NCBI GenBank assembly: GCA_035251085.1
Contig: DATFEN010000147.1
Coordinates: forward strand, 1-42,666
From: Vicinamibacteria bacterium
GTDB lineage: Bacteria > Acidobacteriota > Vicinamibacteria > Fen-336
DNA length: 42,666 bases
Direction of reading: 5' to 3'
In this document: in pieces, positions 9,444 to 16,796 of the stretch
Position numbering within the stretch: the first letter of the stretch is position 1
How the letters are laid out: each line of letters starts with the position of its first letter
Program-made: the position numbers and the translations under genes
Notes under the pieces: generated by a model
What the model was told of the DNA's origin: nothing
The model's input: only the letters and a program-made list of their open reading frames with translations
Database searches by the model: none

Positions 9444-9542
9444 GTGAAATTGAAATCCACTTTCATATCGCTTGACTCCCGACGCCGGGCGCTGCTATCC
9501 TCCCGCCGCATGAATCTGAAACTGAATTTCAATTTCATATTG
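9444..9542. repeat. AT-rich duplicated/inverted TGAAAT-type repeat framing the divergent promoter and the porin start codon
   Basis: TGAAATTGAAAT (9445-9456) is the perfect reverse complement of ATTTCAATTTCA (9526-9537). In addition, the 27-mers at 9444-9470 (GTGAAATTGAAATCCACTTTCATATCG) and 9516-9542 (CTGAAACTGAATTTCAATTTCATATTG) form an imperfect direct repeat (about 20/27 identical) spaced exactly 72 bp apart. The local AT content is far above the rest of the window. Confidence 0.6.
9472..9501 (+). promoter_or_regulatory. Candidate sigma-70 promoter for the porin operon (TTGACT-N18-TATCCT)
   Basis: -35 TTGACT at 9472-9477 and -10 TATCCT at 9496-9501. The -10 ends 8 nt before the ATG at 9510, and there is no Shine-Dalgarno, so the mRNA may be leaderless or nearly leaderless. 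Confidence 0.35.
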
Positions 9543-10853
9543 GCATGCACCCTCGCCGGCCTCTCCGCGGTGTCGGCCTTTGCCGAGGACAAGACCTCCC
9601 TGGACGAGCTGCGCAAGCAGGTGGCCGAGCTGAAGGCCGAGGTGGCCCGCCTGCAGAGCGCCGGCACCACGGGCGAACGCGTCACGGAGCTGGAACGCCG
9701 GATCGACGTGCTGGCTCAGGAACTGGAGAGAGCTCGAACCGGCGGGGCGACCGAAGTCGAGGCAGAGAAGGGCAGCTTCGGCCTGGGGCCCGCAGCTTCG
9801 AAGGTGTATCGCAAAGACAAGGGCGTCTCCCTCGGCGGCTACGGCGAAGCCACCTACCAGGGTGGCGATCGGGATGAGCTGGACGCGCTGCGGAGCGTCT
9901 TCTACATCGGGAACAAGTTCGACGATCGCATCCTGCTGAACTCGGAGATCGAGTTCGAGCACGCGACGACCGGCGAGGGCGACGAGGAGAAAGGAGAGGT
10001 CTCGGTCGAGTTCGCCTACCTCGACTTCAAACCCTGGAAGGAGGTTGGCTTGCGCGCCGGGCAGGTCCTGATTCCGGTGGGGTTCTTGAACGAGCTGCAC
10101 GAGCCCCCGATCTTCAGTGGCGTGCGGCGGACCGAGACCGAGCGGTTGATCCTGCCCAGCACCTGGCGAGATGTCGGCCTCGGCGGATTCGGCGCCCATG
10201 GCACGCTCGACTGGCGGGCCTACGTTGTGGCGGGTCTCGATAGCGCTGGGTTCGAGGGCGAGGCCGGGATACGGGAAGGGCGGCAGGGCGGGTCGCAGAG
10301 CCGTGCCCGGGACGTGGCCCTCACGGGGCGCCTCGACTTCACGGGCGTACCGGGCCTGCTGGCGGGCGCCTCGTTCTTCACGGGCAACTCCGGCCAGGGT
10401 GCCGTCGTGGATGGGACGACTCTCGATGGGCGCGTGACGGTGTTCGACCTGCACGTTCAATACGAGCGTCGGGGCCTCCAGCTGCGCGGCCTCTACGCGC
10501 GAACCTCGATCGGCGACGCGGCGCTCATCAATGCGAACAACGGCCTCACGGGCGATCAGAGCGTGGGTGAGCGCCAGTACGGCTTCTATCTTCAGGGCGC
10601 CTATGACGTCCTGAATCACCGGCACGGGAGCTGGGCGCTGGTGCCGTTCGTGCGCTACGAGAAGCTCAACACGCAGGATCGCGTGCCCGACGGCTTCTCG
10701 GCGAGCCCGGAGAACGAGCGCCGCATCTTCACGACGGGCCTGGGCGTCAAGCCGCTCGTCAACGTTGTGCTGAAGGCCGATTACCAGTGGGAGGAGAACG
10801 AGGCCAACGTCAATGGCAACCAGCTCAACCTCGGCATCGGCTACCTGTTCTGA
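9510..10853 (+). CDS. Outer-membrane porin (phosphate-selective porin O/P-like beta-barrel with N-terminal coiled coil)
   Basis: MNLKLNFNFILACTLAGLSAVSAFA signal peptide. Coiled coil LDELRKQVAELKAEVARLQ..ELERRIDVLAQELERAR. Then alternating beta-strand pattern, ending ..NQLNLGIGYLF with a terminal aromatic residue. An alternative in-frame GTG at 9444 would add 22 aa. Confidence 0.8.
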   Translation: MNLKLNFNFILACTLAGLSAVSAFAEDKTSLDELRKQVAELKAEVARLQSAGTTGERVTELERRIDVLAQELERARTGGATEVEAEKGSFGLGPAASKVYRKDKGVSLGGYGEATYQGGDRDELDALRSVFYIGNKFDDRILLNSEIEFEHATTGEGDEEKGEVSVEFAYLDFKPWKEVGLRAGQVLIPVGFLNELHEPPIFSGVRRTETERLILPSTWRDVGLGGFGAHGTLDWRAYVVAGLDSAGFEGEAGIREGRQGGSQSRARDVALTGRLDFTGVPGLLAGASFFTGNSGQGAVVDGTTLDGRVTVFDLHVQYERRGLQLRGLYARTSIGDAALINANNGLTGDQSVGERQYGFYLQGAYDVLNHRHGSWALVPFVRYEKLNTQDRVPDGFSASPENERRIFTTGLGVKPLVNVVLKADYQWEENEANVNGNQLNLGIGYLF

Positions 10854-10859
10854 AGCCGC

Positions 10860-11462
10860 ATGCGAGATCGGACGCGATGCTTGAATCTGTGCGATCACGC
10901 CGATAGCCTTCCCTGGGTGACGCCGAGATCCAGGTCCATCCGCGGATTGGCGCTCTTGGCTTCGCTGCATGCGCCGGCGACGTGGGCCGAGGTCCTCATG
11001 ACCGAGAAGGCGGCCATGGAGCGCGCCTTTCCGGGCTCCGCGCCCGAGCGCCTGACGCTGTACCTGACGAGCCATGAAGTCGCGGCGGTCGAGCGCACCG
11101 CACGGTCGAAGCTGCCGTCGGCGATCGTCACCGCCTTCGTTGCGCGCATGGATGGCGCGGTCACGGGCCGCGCCGTCCTCGATACTCACACGGTTCGAAC
11201 CATGCCCGAGACCGTGCTGACTGTTGTCGAGCCCGACGGCCGATTGCGGATGGCCCTCGTGCTCCAGTTCGCGGAGCCGCCCGACTACCTACCCCGCGAG
11301 GGCTGGTTGCGCACGCTCGAGGGCCGGCCGCTCGACGACGAGCTATGGCCGGGACGCGGGGTCCGCCGCGTCACCGGCGCGACGCTGACGGTGCAGGCGC
11401 TCACCGAGGCCGTGCGTCGGTCGCTGGCGATCGACGAGCTGGTCCTGAAGGGGAAGCAGTGA
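10860..11462 (+). CDS. Periplasmic FMN-binding-domain protein (NosR/RnfG/NqrC-type FMN_bind with flavinylation motif)
   Basis: C-terminal ..GRGVRRVTGATLTVQALTEAVRRSL matches the [ST]-G-A-T-x-[ST] covalent-FMN acceptor motif. The preceding ..AFPGSAPERLTLYLTSHEVAAVERTA..VLTVVEPDGRLRMALVLQFAEPPDY resembles the NosR N-terminal domain. An alternative GTG start at 10917 gives a cleaner signal peptide (MTPRSRSIRGLALLASLHAPATWA). Confidence 0.8.
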   Translation: MRDRTRCLNLCDHADSLPWVTPRSRSIRGLALLASLHAPATWAEVLMTEKAAMERAFPGSAPERLTLYLTSHEVAAVERTARSKLPSAIVTAFVARMDGAVTGRAVLDTHTVRTMPETVLTVVEPDGRLRMALVLQFAEPPDYLPREGWLRTLEGRPLDDELWPGRGVRRVTGATLTVQALTEAVRRSLAIDELVLKGKQ

Positions 11463-12019
11463 AGTACATGCAGGATGGTGGGTTCCAGAGCCACCCGTTG
11501 ATGCGCGCGACGATCGGACTCACCCTCGTACTGCTGCTGGGCTTCTGGGTCACGAACTTCGCGTTGTACTTCTCGCGCATGGGTCTCACCGCGAGCTCCG
11601 TGGTCGCGTACTACAACGGGTCCGAGGAGGACTTCCGGGCGGCCCGCTCGGCGGCCTCGATGCTGGAGACGACCCACGCTCACTTACCCATGATGGGCAT
11701 GGTGCTCCTGTTCCTGACGCATCTGGCCCTCTTCGCCCCCATCCCGCGAGCCGCGAAGATCGGCTTTGTCGCCACCGCCTTCGTCTCGGCGATGCTGGAT
11801 GAGGGCGCGGGTTGGCTGGTGCGCTTCGCCAGCCCCGCCTTCGCTCCGCTCAAGATCGTGGGCTTCGTGGGCCTGCAGGCCGCGATCGGCTTCCTGCTGC
11901 TCGTGCTCGCGCTGTTCCTGCTCGGCGCCGCGCGCCGACAGGCGGCGCTTCGCGAGTCCGAGGACCCCGCCGCGGTCGAACCCCTCGCCGAGGCGCGGGC
12001 GGCCCGCGCGCGCGACTGA
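11459..12019 (+). CDS. Four-TM inner-membrane protein with clustered histidines (unknown family)
   Basis: GTG at 11459 overlaps the upstream stop (GTGA); an alternative ATG lies at 11468. TM helices: ATIGLTLVLLLGFWVTNFALYF, LPMMGMVLLFLTHLALFAPI, IGFVATAFVSAMLDEGAGWLV, IVGFVGLQAAIGFLLLVLALFLLGA. Histidines occur in QSHP, THAHLP and LTHL. Confidence 0.7.
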   Translation: MKYMQDGGFQSHPLMRATIGLTLVLLLGFWVTNFALYFSRMGLTASSVVAYYNGSEEDFRAARSAASMLETTHAHLPMMGMVLLFLTHLALFAPIPRAAKIGFVATAFVSAMLDEGAGWLVRFASPAFAPLKIVGFVGLQAAIGFLLLVLALFLLGAARRQAALRESEDPAAVEPLAEARAARARD

Positions 12020-12081
12020 CGCGGTACGGGGCCGTCCTCGGGGTTGGAGCGGCACTGCTTCTCGTCGCTCTGAATGTCTGC

Positions 12082-13176
12082 GTGGTCTCGTCGGCCCTGG
12101 GCCTGGTCCATCGGCCACGCCAGGTGCGCGAGCTGGACCATTTCCATTACATCGCGATGGCCGAGGCCCTTCCCGGTCGGGCCGAGGACCCGCGCGCCGC
12201 CGAGCGGCCATTCTGCTACCGGATCATGGTGCCAGCCCTCGTCCACCAGATCGTGGCCGTGTCGGGCCTGGGCCAGAACGCCGTCTTCTGGGGCACGTCG
12301 CAGCTCGCCTTGGTGGCGTTCTTGTTCACGCTGTTCGCTCTCTTGCGTGGACTCGGCTTCGGCATCGAGACAGCGCTCCTCGGGATCGTCCTTGCGGCAT
12401 TGACCCCCGGGGCCGTGCGCTGGTACGCGTACCAGTACTGGATGCCGGACCCGCTGTGCCTCTGGCTCGTGACGCTCGCGCTGTTGCTGGCCCGCGGCGA
12501 GCGCTGGGCGCTGCTGAGCCTCGTCGCGTTCGCCGCAGCGCTCACGCGCGAGAGCTGGGTGCTCATCCCGGCCTTCGCGACGTTGTCATGGATGCGCCGC
12601 CGCGGTGCTCGAAGCCTCGTGCGGGCACTGCTCGTGTTCGCCCCTGCGGCGGCTGCGATGCTGGCCGTGCGCCTGAGCATCGTGCCCGCCTCGGGTCCGA
12701 CGCTCCTCGAGGCAGCGCGCGAGATGTTGGCCTTCCGCGCCCGGCATCTGTTCGACAACCAGCTCTACTTTGCGACCCTCGGCAGCTTCGGCGTGCTGGT
12801 GCCGCTGCTCGCCCTGCGGGCGAAGCGAGCGGCGGGCGCGGCGCGTGCTCGCCCCGAGGACGCGGCACTGGTGCTCATGGCCTATGCCTCGCTGGCGTTC
12901 GCGAACAACACCGACCGGCTCCTCGTCTACGCGCTGCCGGCGCTCCTCCCGCCGGCACTCCGAGCGATCGAGGCCTTGGCTGAGCGGGTCGGCCCCGCGG
13001 TCGCGTTCGCGCTCGCTCTGTTGGGCCAGGCCTGGTTCTACGCCGTCACGCCTGGCTGGGGCGTTTCAGGCCTGAGCGTGTACCAGCCGGTTCTTTGGAG
13101 CGTCGTTGTGATGTGTGGGGTGGTCCTGGGCGCGGGGCTGACGGTGCTGCGGCTGAAACGTCCCTACTCGTCGTAG
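12082..13176 (+). CDS. Polytopic membrane protein, GT-C-fold (ArnT/PMT-like) glycosyltransferase-like; 5' end uncertain
   Basis: Roughly 9-10 hydrophobic helices, with an ..ELDHFHYIAMAEAL.. loop after the first helix. The first canonical in-frame start after the upstream gene is GTG at 12082, but an obvious TM helix (YGAVLGVGAALLLVALNVCVVSSALGLV) is encoded at 12025-12108 in the same open frame. CTG at 12016 overlaps the upstream TGA (CTGA), so the true start may be about 12016. Confidence 0.6.
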   Translation: MVSSALGLVHRPRQVRELDHFHYIAMAEALPGRAEDPRAAERPFCYRIMVPALVHQIVAVSGLGQNAVFWGTSQLALVAFLFTLFALLRGLGFGIETALLGIVLAALTPGAVRWYAYQYWMPDPLCLWLVTLALLLARGERWALLSLVAFAAALTRESWVLIPAFATLSWMRRRGARSLVRALLVFAPAAAAMLAVRLSIVPASGPTLLEAAREMLAFRARHLFDNQLYFATLGSFGVLVPLLALRAKRAAGAARARPEDAALVLMAYASLAFANNTDRLLVYALPALLPPALRAIEALAERVGPAVAFALALLGQAWFYAVTPGWGVSGLSVYQPVLWSVVVMCGVVLGAGLTVLRLKRPYSS

Positions 13177-13718
13177 AAGTCGTCCCAGTCCTCCCAGTTT
13201 CCGCCTTTGGGCCGACGCCTCGTGTTCGGCTTCGGTTTGGGAGCTCCCGGCTTGCCCTCGGGGACTTTCTCCTTGAACCCCTTCGCGCCGCGGCCCCGAC
13301 CCCGCCGGTCCTGCTGTTCAGGCGGTGGAAACGCCACCTCGTCGCCGCGGACGAACGGTCGCCCCCGACGAGGGAAATCCGCCCGAAACCCCCCGCGCGG
13401 GGCGTCGGGACGGAACGGGCGGGCCCCGCCGGGGCCGCTGCCGGGTCCGCCGGCTCCGGGAGGACGCGGAGGGCGGTTGTCCGCCTCGTTGACCCGAAGC
13501 GGGCGACCCTTCATGTCCTTCCCGTTCAAGAGTTCGATCGAGCGCAGCGCCGCCTCGTCCGTCTCGAACTCCACGAACGCGAAGCCGCGAGGCCGGCCAG
13601 TCTCGCGGTCGGTCGGCACCTTGGCGTCGAGCACTTTGCCCGCCGCCCCGAAGACCGCGAGTAGCTCCTCGCGGGTCACGTCATAGCTGAGGTTTCCGAC
13701 GAAGACCTTGTTCGAAAT
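13164..13718 (-). CDS. RRM (RNP-1/RNP-2) RNA-binding protein with Arg/Gly/Pro-rich tail; apparent ATT start codon
   Basis: RNP-2 KVFVGNLSY and RNP-1 RPRGFAFVEF. AAGGAG lies 10 nt upstream of ATT at 13718. There is no ATG, GTG or TTG in frame between that Shine-Dalgarno and RNP-2. GC3 drops upstream of 13718. The track ORF (to 13919) adds 67 implausible residues. The C-terminus is RGRGRGAKG..KPKPNTRRRPKGGNWEDWDDFYDE. Confidence 0.8.
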   Translation of the reverse strand: MSNKVFVGNLSYDVTREELLAVFGAAGKVLDAKVPTDRETGRPRGFAFVEFETDEAALRSIELLNGKDMKGRPLRVNEADNRPPRPPGAGGPGSGPGGARPFRPDAPRGGFRADFPRRGRPFVRGDEVAFPPPEQQDRRGRGRGAKGFKEKVPEGKPGAPKPKPNTRRRPKGGNWEDWDDFYDE

Positions 13719-13752
13719 GGTGGTCCGACTCCTTCGATGAAAGACGCCGAGG

Positions 13753-13780
13753 ACTGTAGCAGAAACGCGGGCTGTTTCAA
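13753..13780 (-). promoter_or_regulatory. Candidate sigma-70 promoter for the RRM gene (TTGAAA-N16-TACAGT on the minus strand)
   Basis: Minus strand: TTGAAA (13780-13775), a 16-nt spacer, then TACAGT (13758-13753). The predicted transcription start near 13746 lies downstream of the in-frame ATGs at 13817 and 13919 and upstream of the AAGGAG/ATT. Confidence 0.35.
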
Positions 13781-13862
13781 CCCCTGGAACTTGGCAACCC
13801 GGGCCGCACGCGGGCATCTGAGCGGCGTATCCGAGGGGATGGAAGCGCTTCGGCCGATGACG

Positions 13863-13898
13863 CGTCGGGGGCGAGGAGTGTCCTCCCCGCCCCCGACG
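13863..13898. other. Long G+C hairpin between the TonB-dependent receptor stop and the RRM promoter
   Basis: CGTCGGGGGCG(A)GGAG-TGTC-CTCC(C)CGCCCCCGACG gives 11 bp plus 4 bp of pairing around one mismatch. Neither strand has a U-tract, so it is not a classical intrinsic terminator. Confidence 0.4.
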
Positions 13899-13925
13899 AC
13901 GGCCGCACTCGCGGCCCACAAGACT

Positions 13926-16796
13926 CTAGAACTCGAAGCGGATCCCCAGCTGTCCGACGCGCTGCTCGCCACGCTGGAAGTCGCCAGCGTACTCGGTGGG
14001 CTCACCGAAGTTGCTGGCGCTTTGGTTGGCCACGAAGCCGGCCGGGTTGTCGTCGTTGAACACGTTGAACAGCTCCGCGATCAGCTCCAGCCGGGAGCGG
14101 CCGCCGAGCCTGAACTTCTTCGCCACGCGCAGGTCGAACTGGCTGAAGCTCGCGCCGCGGGCCGAGTTGAACGAGCTGACGCCGGCGGGCAGGTCGTTCG
14201 TGGTCGTCCCGTCGAGGTTCGAGTCGACGCCCGTGATCACGTTGTACGGCGTCTCCGACTTGTAGCGGAAGATCGGCGAGACGATGAAGTCGGCGCCCGG
14301 GCTCCAGCTTCCACTGATGGTGAAGCGATGCCGCGCATCGCTCCGCGTCGGCGCCTCCTGCTCGTCCTTGAAGGGATCGAACATGTCGAGGACGTTGTAC
14401 TCGCCGAACTCGTCCGTCGCGCGGAGGCTGGCACTGGAGGTGGCCTCGGACAGCGTGTACCACGCCAGAAGCTGTAGCTTGCCGTCCCACCGCTTCTTCA
14501 GGCCGACCGTCACGCCTTTGTAGTGGGCGACGCCATCCGACGTGTCGATGCGGAAGTTGGCGTTTCCGGTTGTGGGCAGGATGCCCGAGAGGCGCCGCGG
14601 CCCGCCGTTGATGCGCAGGTTGATGTTGGGGCGTGTCCCCAGCTCGTGTCCTGAGGAGTAGACGCCGTCCAGCTCGATCGCGTAGCCGCCACCGAGCTCT
14701 CTCGAGAAGCCGAGGTTGAACTGGTCGGTGTAGGGCTGCTTGATGCGCGGCGAGGCGGCGTGGCTGGGCAGCGGCGCCGTCGCGTTGACGAGCTCGTTCG
14801 CCGGCAGCGGCTGGCCCACCTGGAAGAACGACCCGTCGGCGTTCCTGATGCCCGACCCATCGTTGTTCAAGTAGATCTGGCCGAAGGACGACTGCGCTCC
14901 GACGACCGCGAACAGGATGTTGGCGTTGGTGTAGGCGAAGTCGTAGTAGCGCCCGTAGCCGCCGCGGACGAGGCTCTTGCCGTTGCCGCCGAGGTCATAG
15001 GTGAAGCCCAGGCGCGGCGCGAAGTTGTTCTTGTCCTCCTCCGACGACTTGCCGAAGTCCTCGAAGCCGGGGCACGGACAGGGCAGACCCGAGGACTGGA
15101 ACACGCCAGCCTGCGCGGCGGCCTGCAGTTCTGCGAAGATGATGTTGTTGTTCTGGTCGAAGGCGAAGCCCGTGGTGAGGTCGTATCGGAGACCGAGGTC
15201 CAGCATCAGCTTGTCGTTCACGCGCCAGGTGTCCTGGAGGTAGAACGCATACTGTTTGTTCGGGATCTTGGCGAGGCTGCCGCCGCTCGCGCCGCCGATC
15301 GAACCGTTGAACGAGATCGTGTGGATCGGGGAGTTCCGGTCGTCTCCCAGGTGCTGGTAATAGGGCGACTGGCCGGTCGAGAACGTGATGTCGAGCACCG
15401 GCTCGTAGATGAAGCTCGCCCCGACCTTCAGGTCGTGGCGCCCCTTCGTCCAGGAGAAGTCGTCCCGGAACTGGTACTTGTGCTGCTCGGTCGTCTGGGG
15501 CGTGTTGACGCTCTGGCCCACGAAGACACCGTTGGGGAAGATCTCCGACGGCAGCGTCGAGTTCTCCGCGATGTGGTTCAGGAAGTACGTGTACTGGAAC
15601 ACGAACTCGTTCAGCTTGCCGCCGCCCAGCGACGTGTTGAGGTTGAGGTTGGCGGAGTGGAACGTGTTCTCGTTCCGGCCCCAGCTTTCGGGCGGCGAGT
15701 TCGGGCTCGCGCCGTAGATCTGGCTGTTGTCGTTGTAGCCGTAACGAACCGAGAGGTAGTTGTTGGCGTTGACCTGGTGGGTGAGCCTCGCCACCACGAG
15801 GTTCTCGCGGTACGGCGTGTCGTAGACCCCGTCCTTGTCCGGGAACAGGCCCAGAGTGGTCACGGTCTGAGTGGTGTCCTGGGCCGTCCGCTCGAACGCG
15901 GCGAAGAAGTGGGTCTTGTCCTTCACGATGGGGCCGCCGATGCTCGCTCCGAACTGGTGGCGCTTGTAGTCGCCCTTGTCCTGCTCGTTGAGCTCTTCGG
16001 TGGTGGTCTTGGAGTTCAGGCTCTTGTCGCGGAAGAACTCGAAGACGGCGCCGCTGAACTCGTTGGTTCCGCTCTTGGTAACCACCTTGAGCGTCCCGCC
16101 GTTCGAGCGGCCGGTGTCGGCGCGGAAGCGCTGCGTCTCGAAGTTGAACTCGCCGATCGAGTCGAGCGGGAAGAGCTGGACGAGCCCGCCGACGGTGTCG
16201 TCGTTGTTGTCGCCGCCGTCGATCAGGTAGTTGATGTTGCGGCCGCCACCCCCGTTCACCTGGGGCGCAAACTGCGTGGACTTGGTCGGGTCGGTGTGGA
16301 AGCCGAGGCTGACGCCGGGAACGAGCGCGGCCAGATTGCCGAACTGGCGCCCGTTCAACGGCAGGTTCTCGATCTGATCGCCTGTGATGACCTCACCCAT
16401 TCCCGATTGCGTGGAGTCGATGAGCGGCGACTCAGCGACGACCGTAAGCTCCTCGGTCTGACCCGCCACGGACAGGCGAACGTCCGTCGTGGTCGTGGCT
16501 CCGACGTTGACCACGGCCCGCTTCGCCTGGGCGGCGAAGCCGGAGAGCTCGATCTTCAGGTCATAGGTGCCGACCGGGAGGCCTGCCAGACGAAAGGCCC
16601 CGTTGCTGTCCGAGACGGCTGAGCGCGTGAAACCGGTCGACGCGCTCTGGGCGGTTACGTTGGCGCCCGGCAGAGCGAGGCCCTGTTCGTCGACCACCTT
16701 GCCCTCGACGGCGCCCGTAGTGCCTTGGGCGAAGACGGGACCGCTGGCCAGCAGGGCCAGCAGCCCCAGTGCCCAGGAACGGCGGAATGTCGTCAT
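13926..16796 (-). CDS. TonB-dependent outer-membrane receptor with N-terminal carboxypeptidase-regulatory-like domain
   Basis: ATG at 16796 follows GGAGGA. MTTFRRSWALGLLALLASGPVFAQG signal peptide. GAVEGKVVDEQGLALPGANVTAQSASTGFTRSAVSDSNGAFRLAGLPVGTYDLKIELSGF (CarboxypepD_reg). Plug and barrel motifs are present, and the protein ends ..LGIRFEF. Confidence 0.9.
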   Translation of the reverse strand: MTTFRRSWALGLLALLASGPVFAQGTTGAVEGKVVDEQGLALPGANVTAQSASTGFTRSAVSDSNGAFRLAGLPVGTYDLKIELSGFAAQAKRAVVNVGATTTTDVRLSVAGQTEELTVVAESPLIDSTQSGMGEVITGDQIENLPLNGRQFGNLAALVPGVSLGFHTDPTKSTQFAPQVNGGGGRNINYLIDGGDNNDDTVGGLVQLFPLDSIGEFNFETQRFRADTGRSNGGTLKVVTKSGTNEFSGAVFEFFRDKSLNSKTTTEELNEQDKGDYKRHQFGASIGGPIVKDKTHFFAAFERTAQDTTQTVTTLGLFPDKDGVYDTPYRENLVVARLTHQVNANNYLSVRYGYNDNSQIYGASPNSPPESWGRNENTFHSANLNLNTSLGGGKLNEFVFQYTYFLNHIAENSTLPSEIFPNGVFVGQSVNTPQTTEQHKYQFRDDFSWTKGRHDLKVGASFIYEPVLDITFSTGQSPYYQHLGDDRNSPIHTISFNGSIGGASGGSLAKIPNKQYAFYLQDTWRVNDKLMLDLGLRYDLTTGFAFDQNNNIIFAELQAAAQAGVFQSSGLPCPCPGFEDFGKSSEEDKNNFAPRLGFTYDLGGNGKSLVRGGYGRYYDFAYTNANILFAVVGAQSSFGQIYLNNDGSGIRNADGSFFQVGQPLPANELVNATAPLPSHAASPRIKQPYTDQFNLGFSRELGGGYAIELDGVYSSGHELGTRPNINLRINGGPRRLSGILPTTGNANFRIDTSDGVAHYKGVTVGLKKRWDGKLQLLAWYTLSEATSSASLRATDEFGEYNVLDMFDPFKDEQEAPTRSDARHRFTISGSWSPGADFIVSPIFRYKSETPYNVITGVDSNLDGTTTNDLPAGVSSFNSARGASFSQFDLRVAKKFRLGGRSRLELIAELFNVFNDDNPAGFVANQSASNFGEPTEYAGDFQRGEQRVGQLGIRFEF

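Noticed and set aside
13719-13919. 67-codon N-terminal extension of the RRM protein given by the track ORF (starts at 13919 or 13817)
   Set aside because: No Shine-Dalgarno precedes either start. GC3 falls markedly, the residues are implausible (MGRECGRRRGRGG.. / MPACGPGCQ..), and a strong AAGGAG lies inside the extension just before the RRM.
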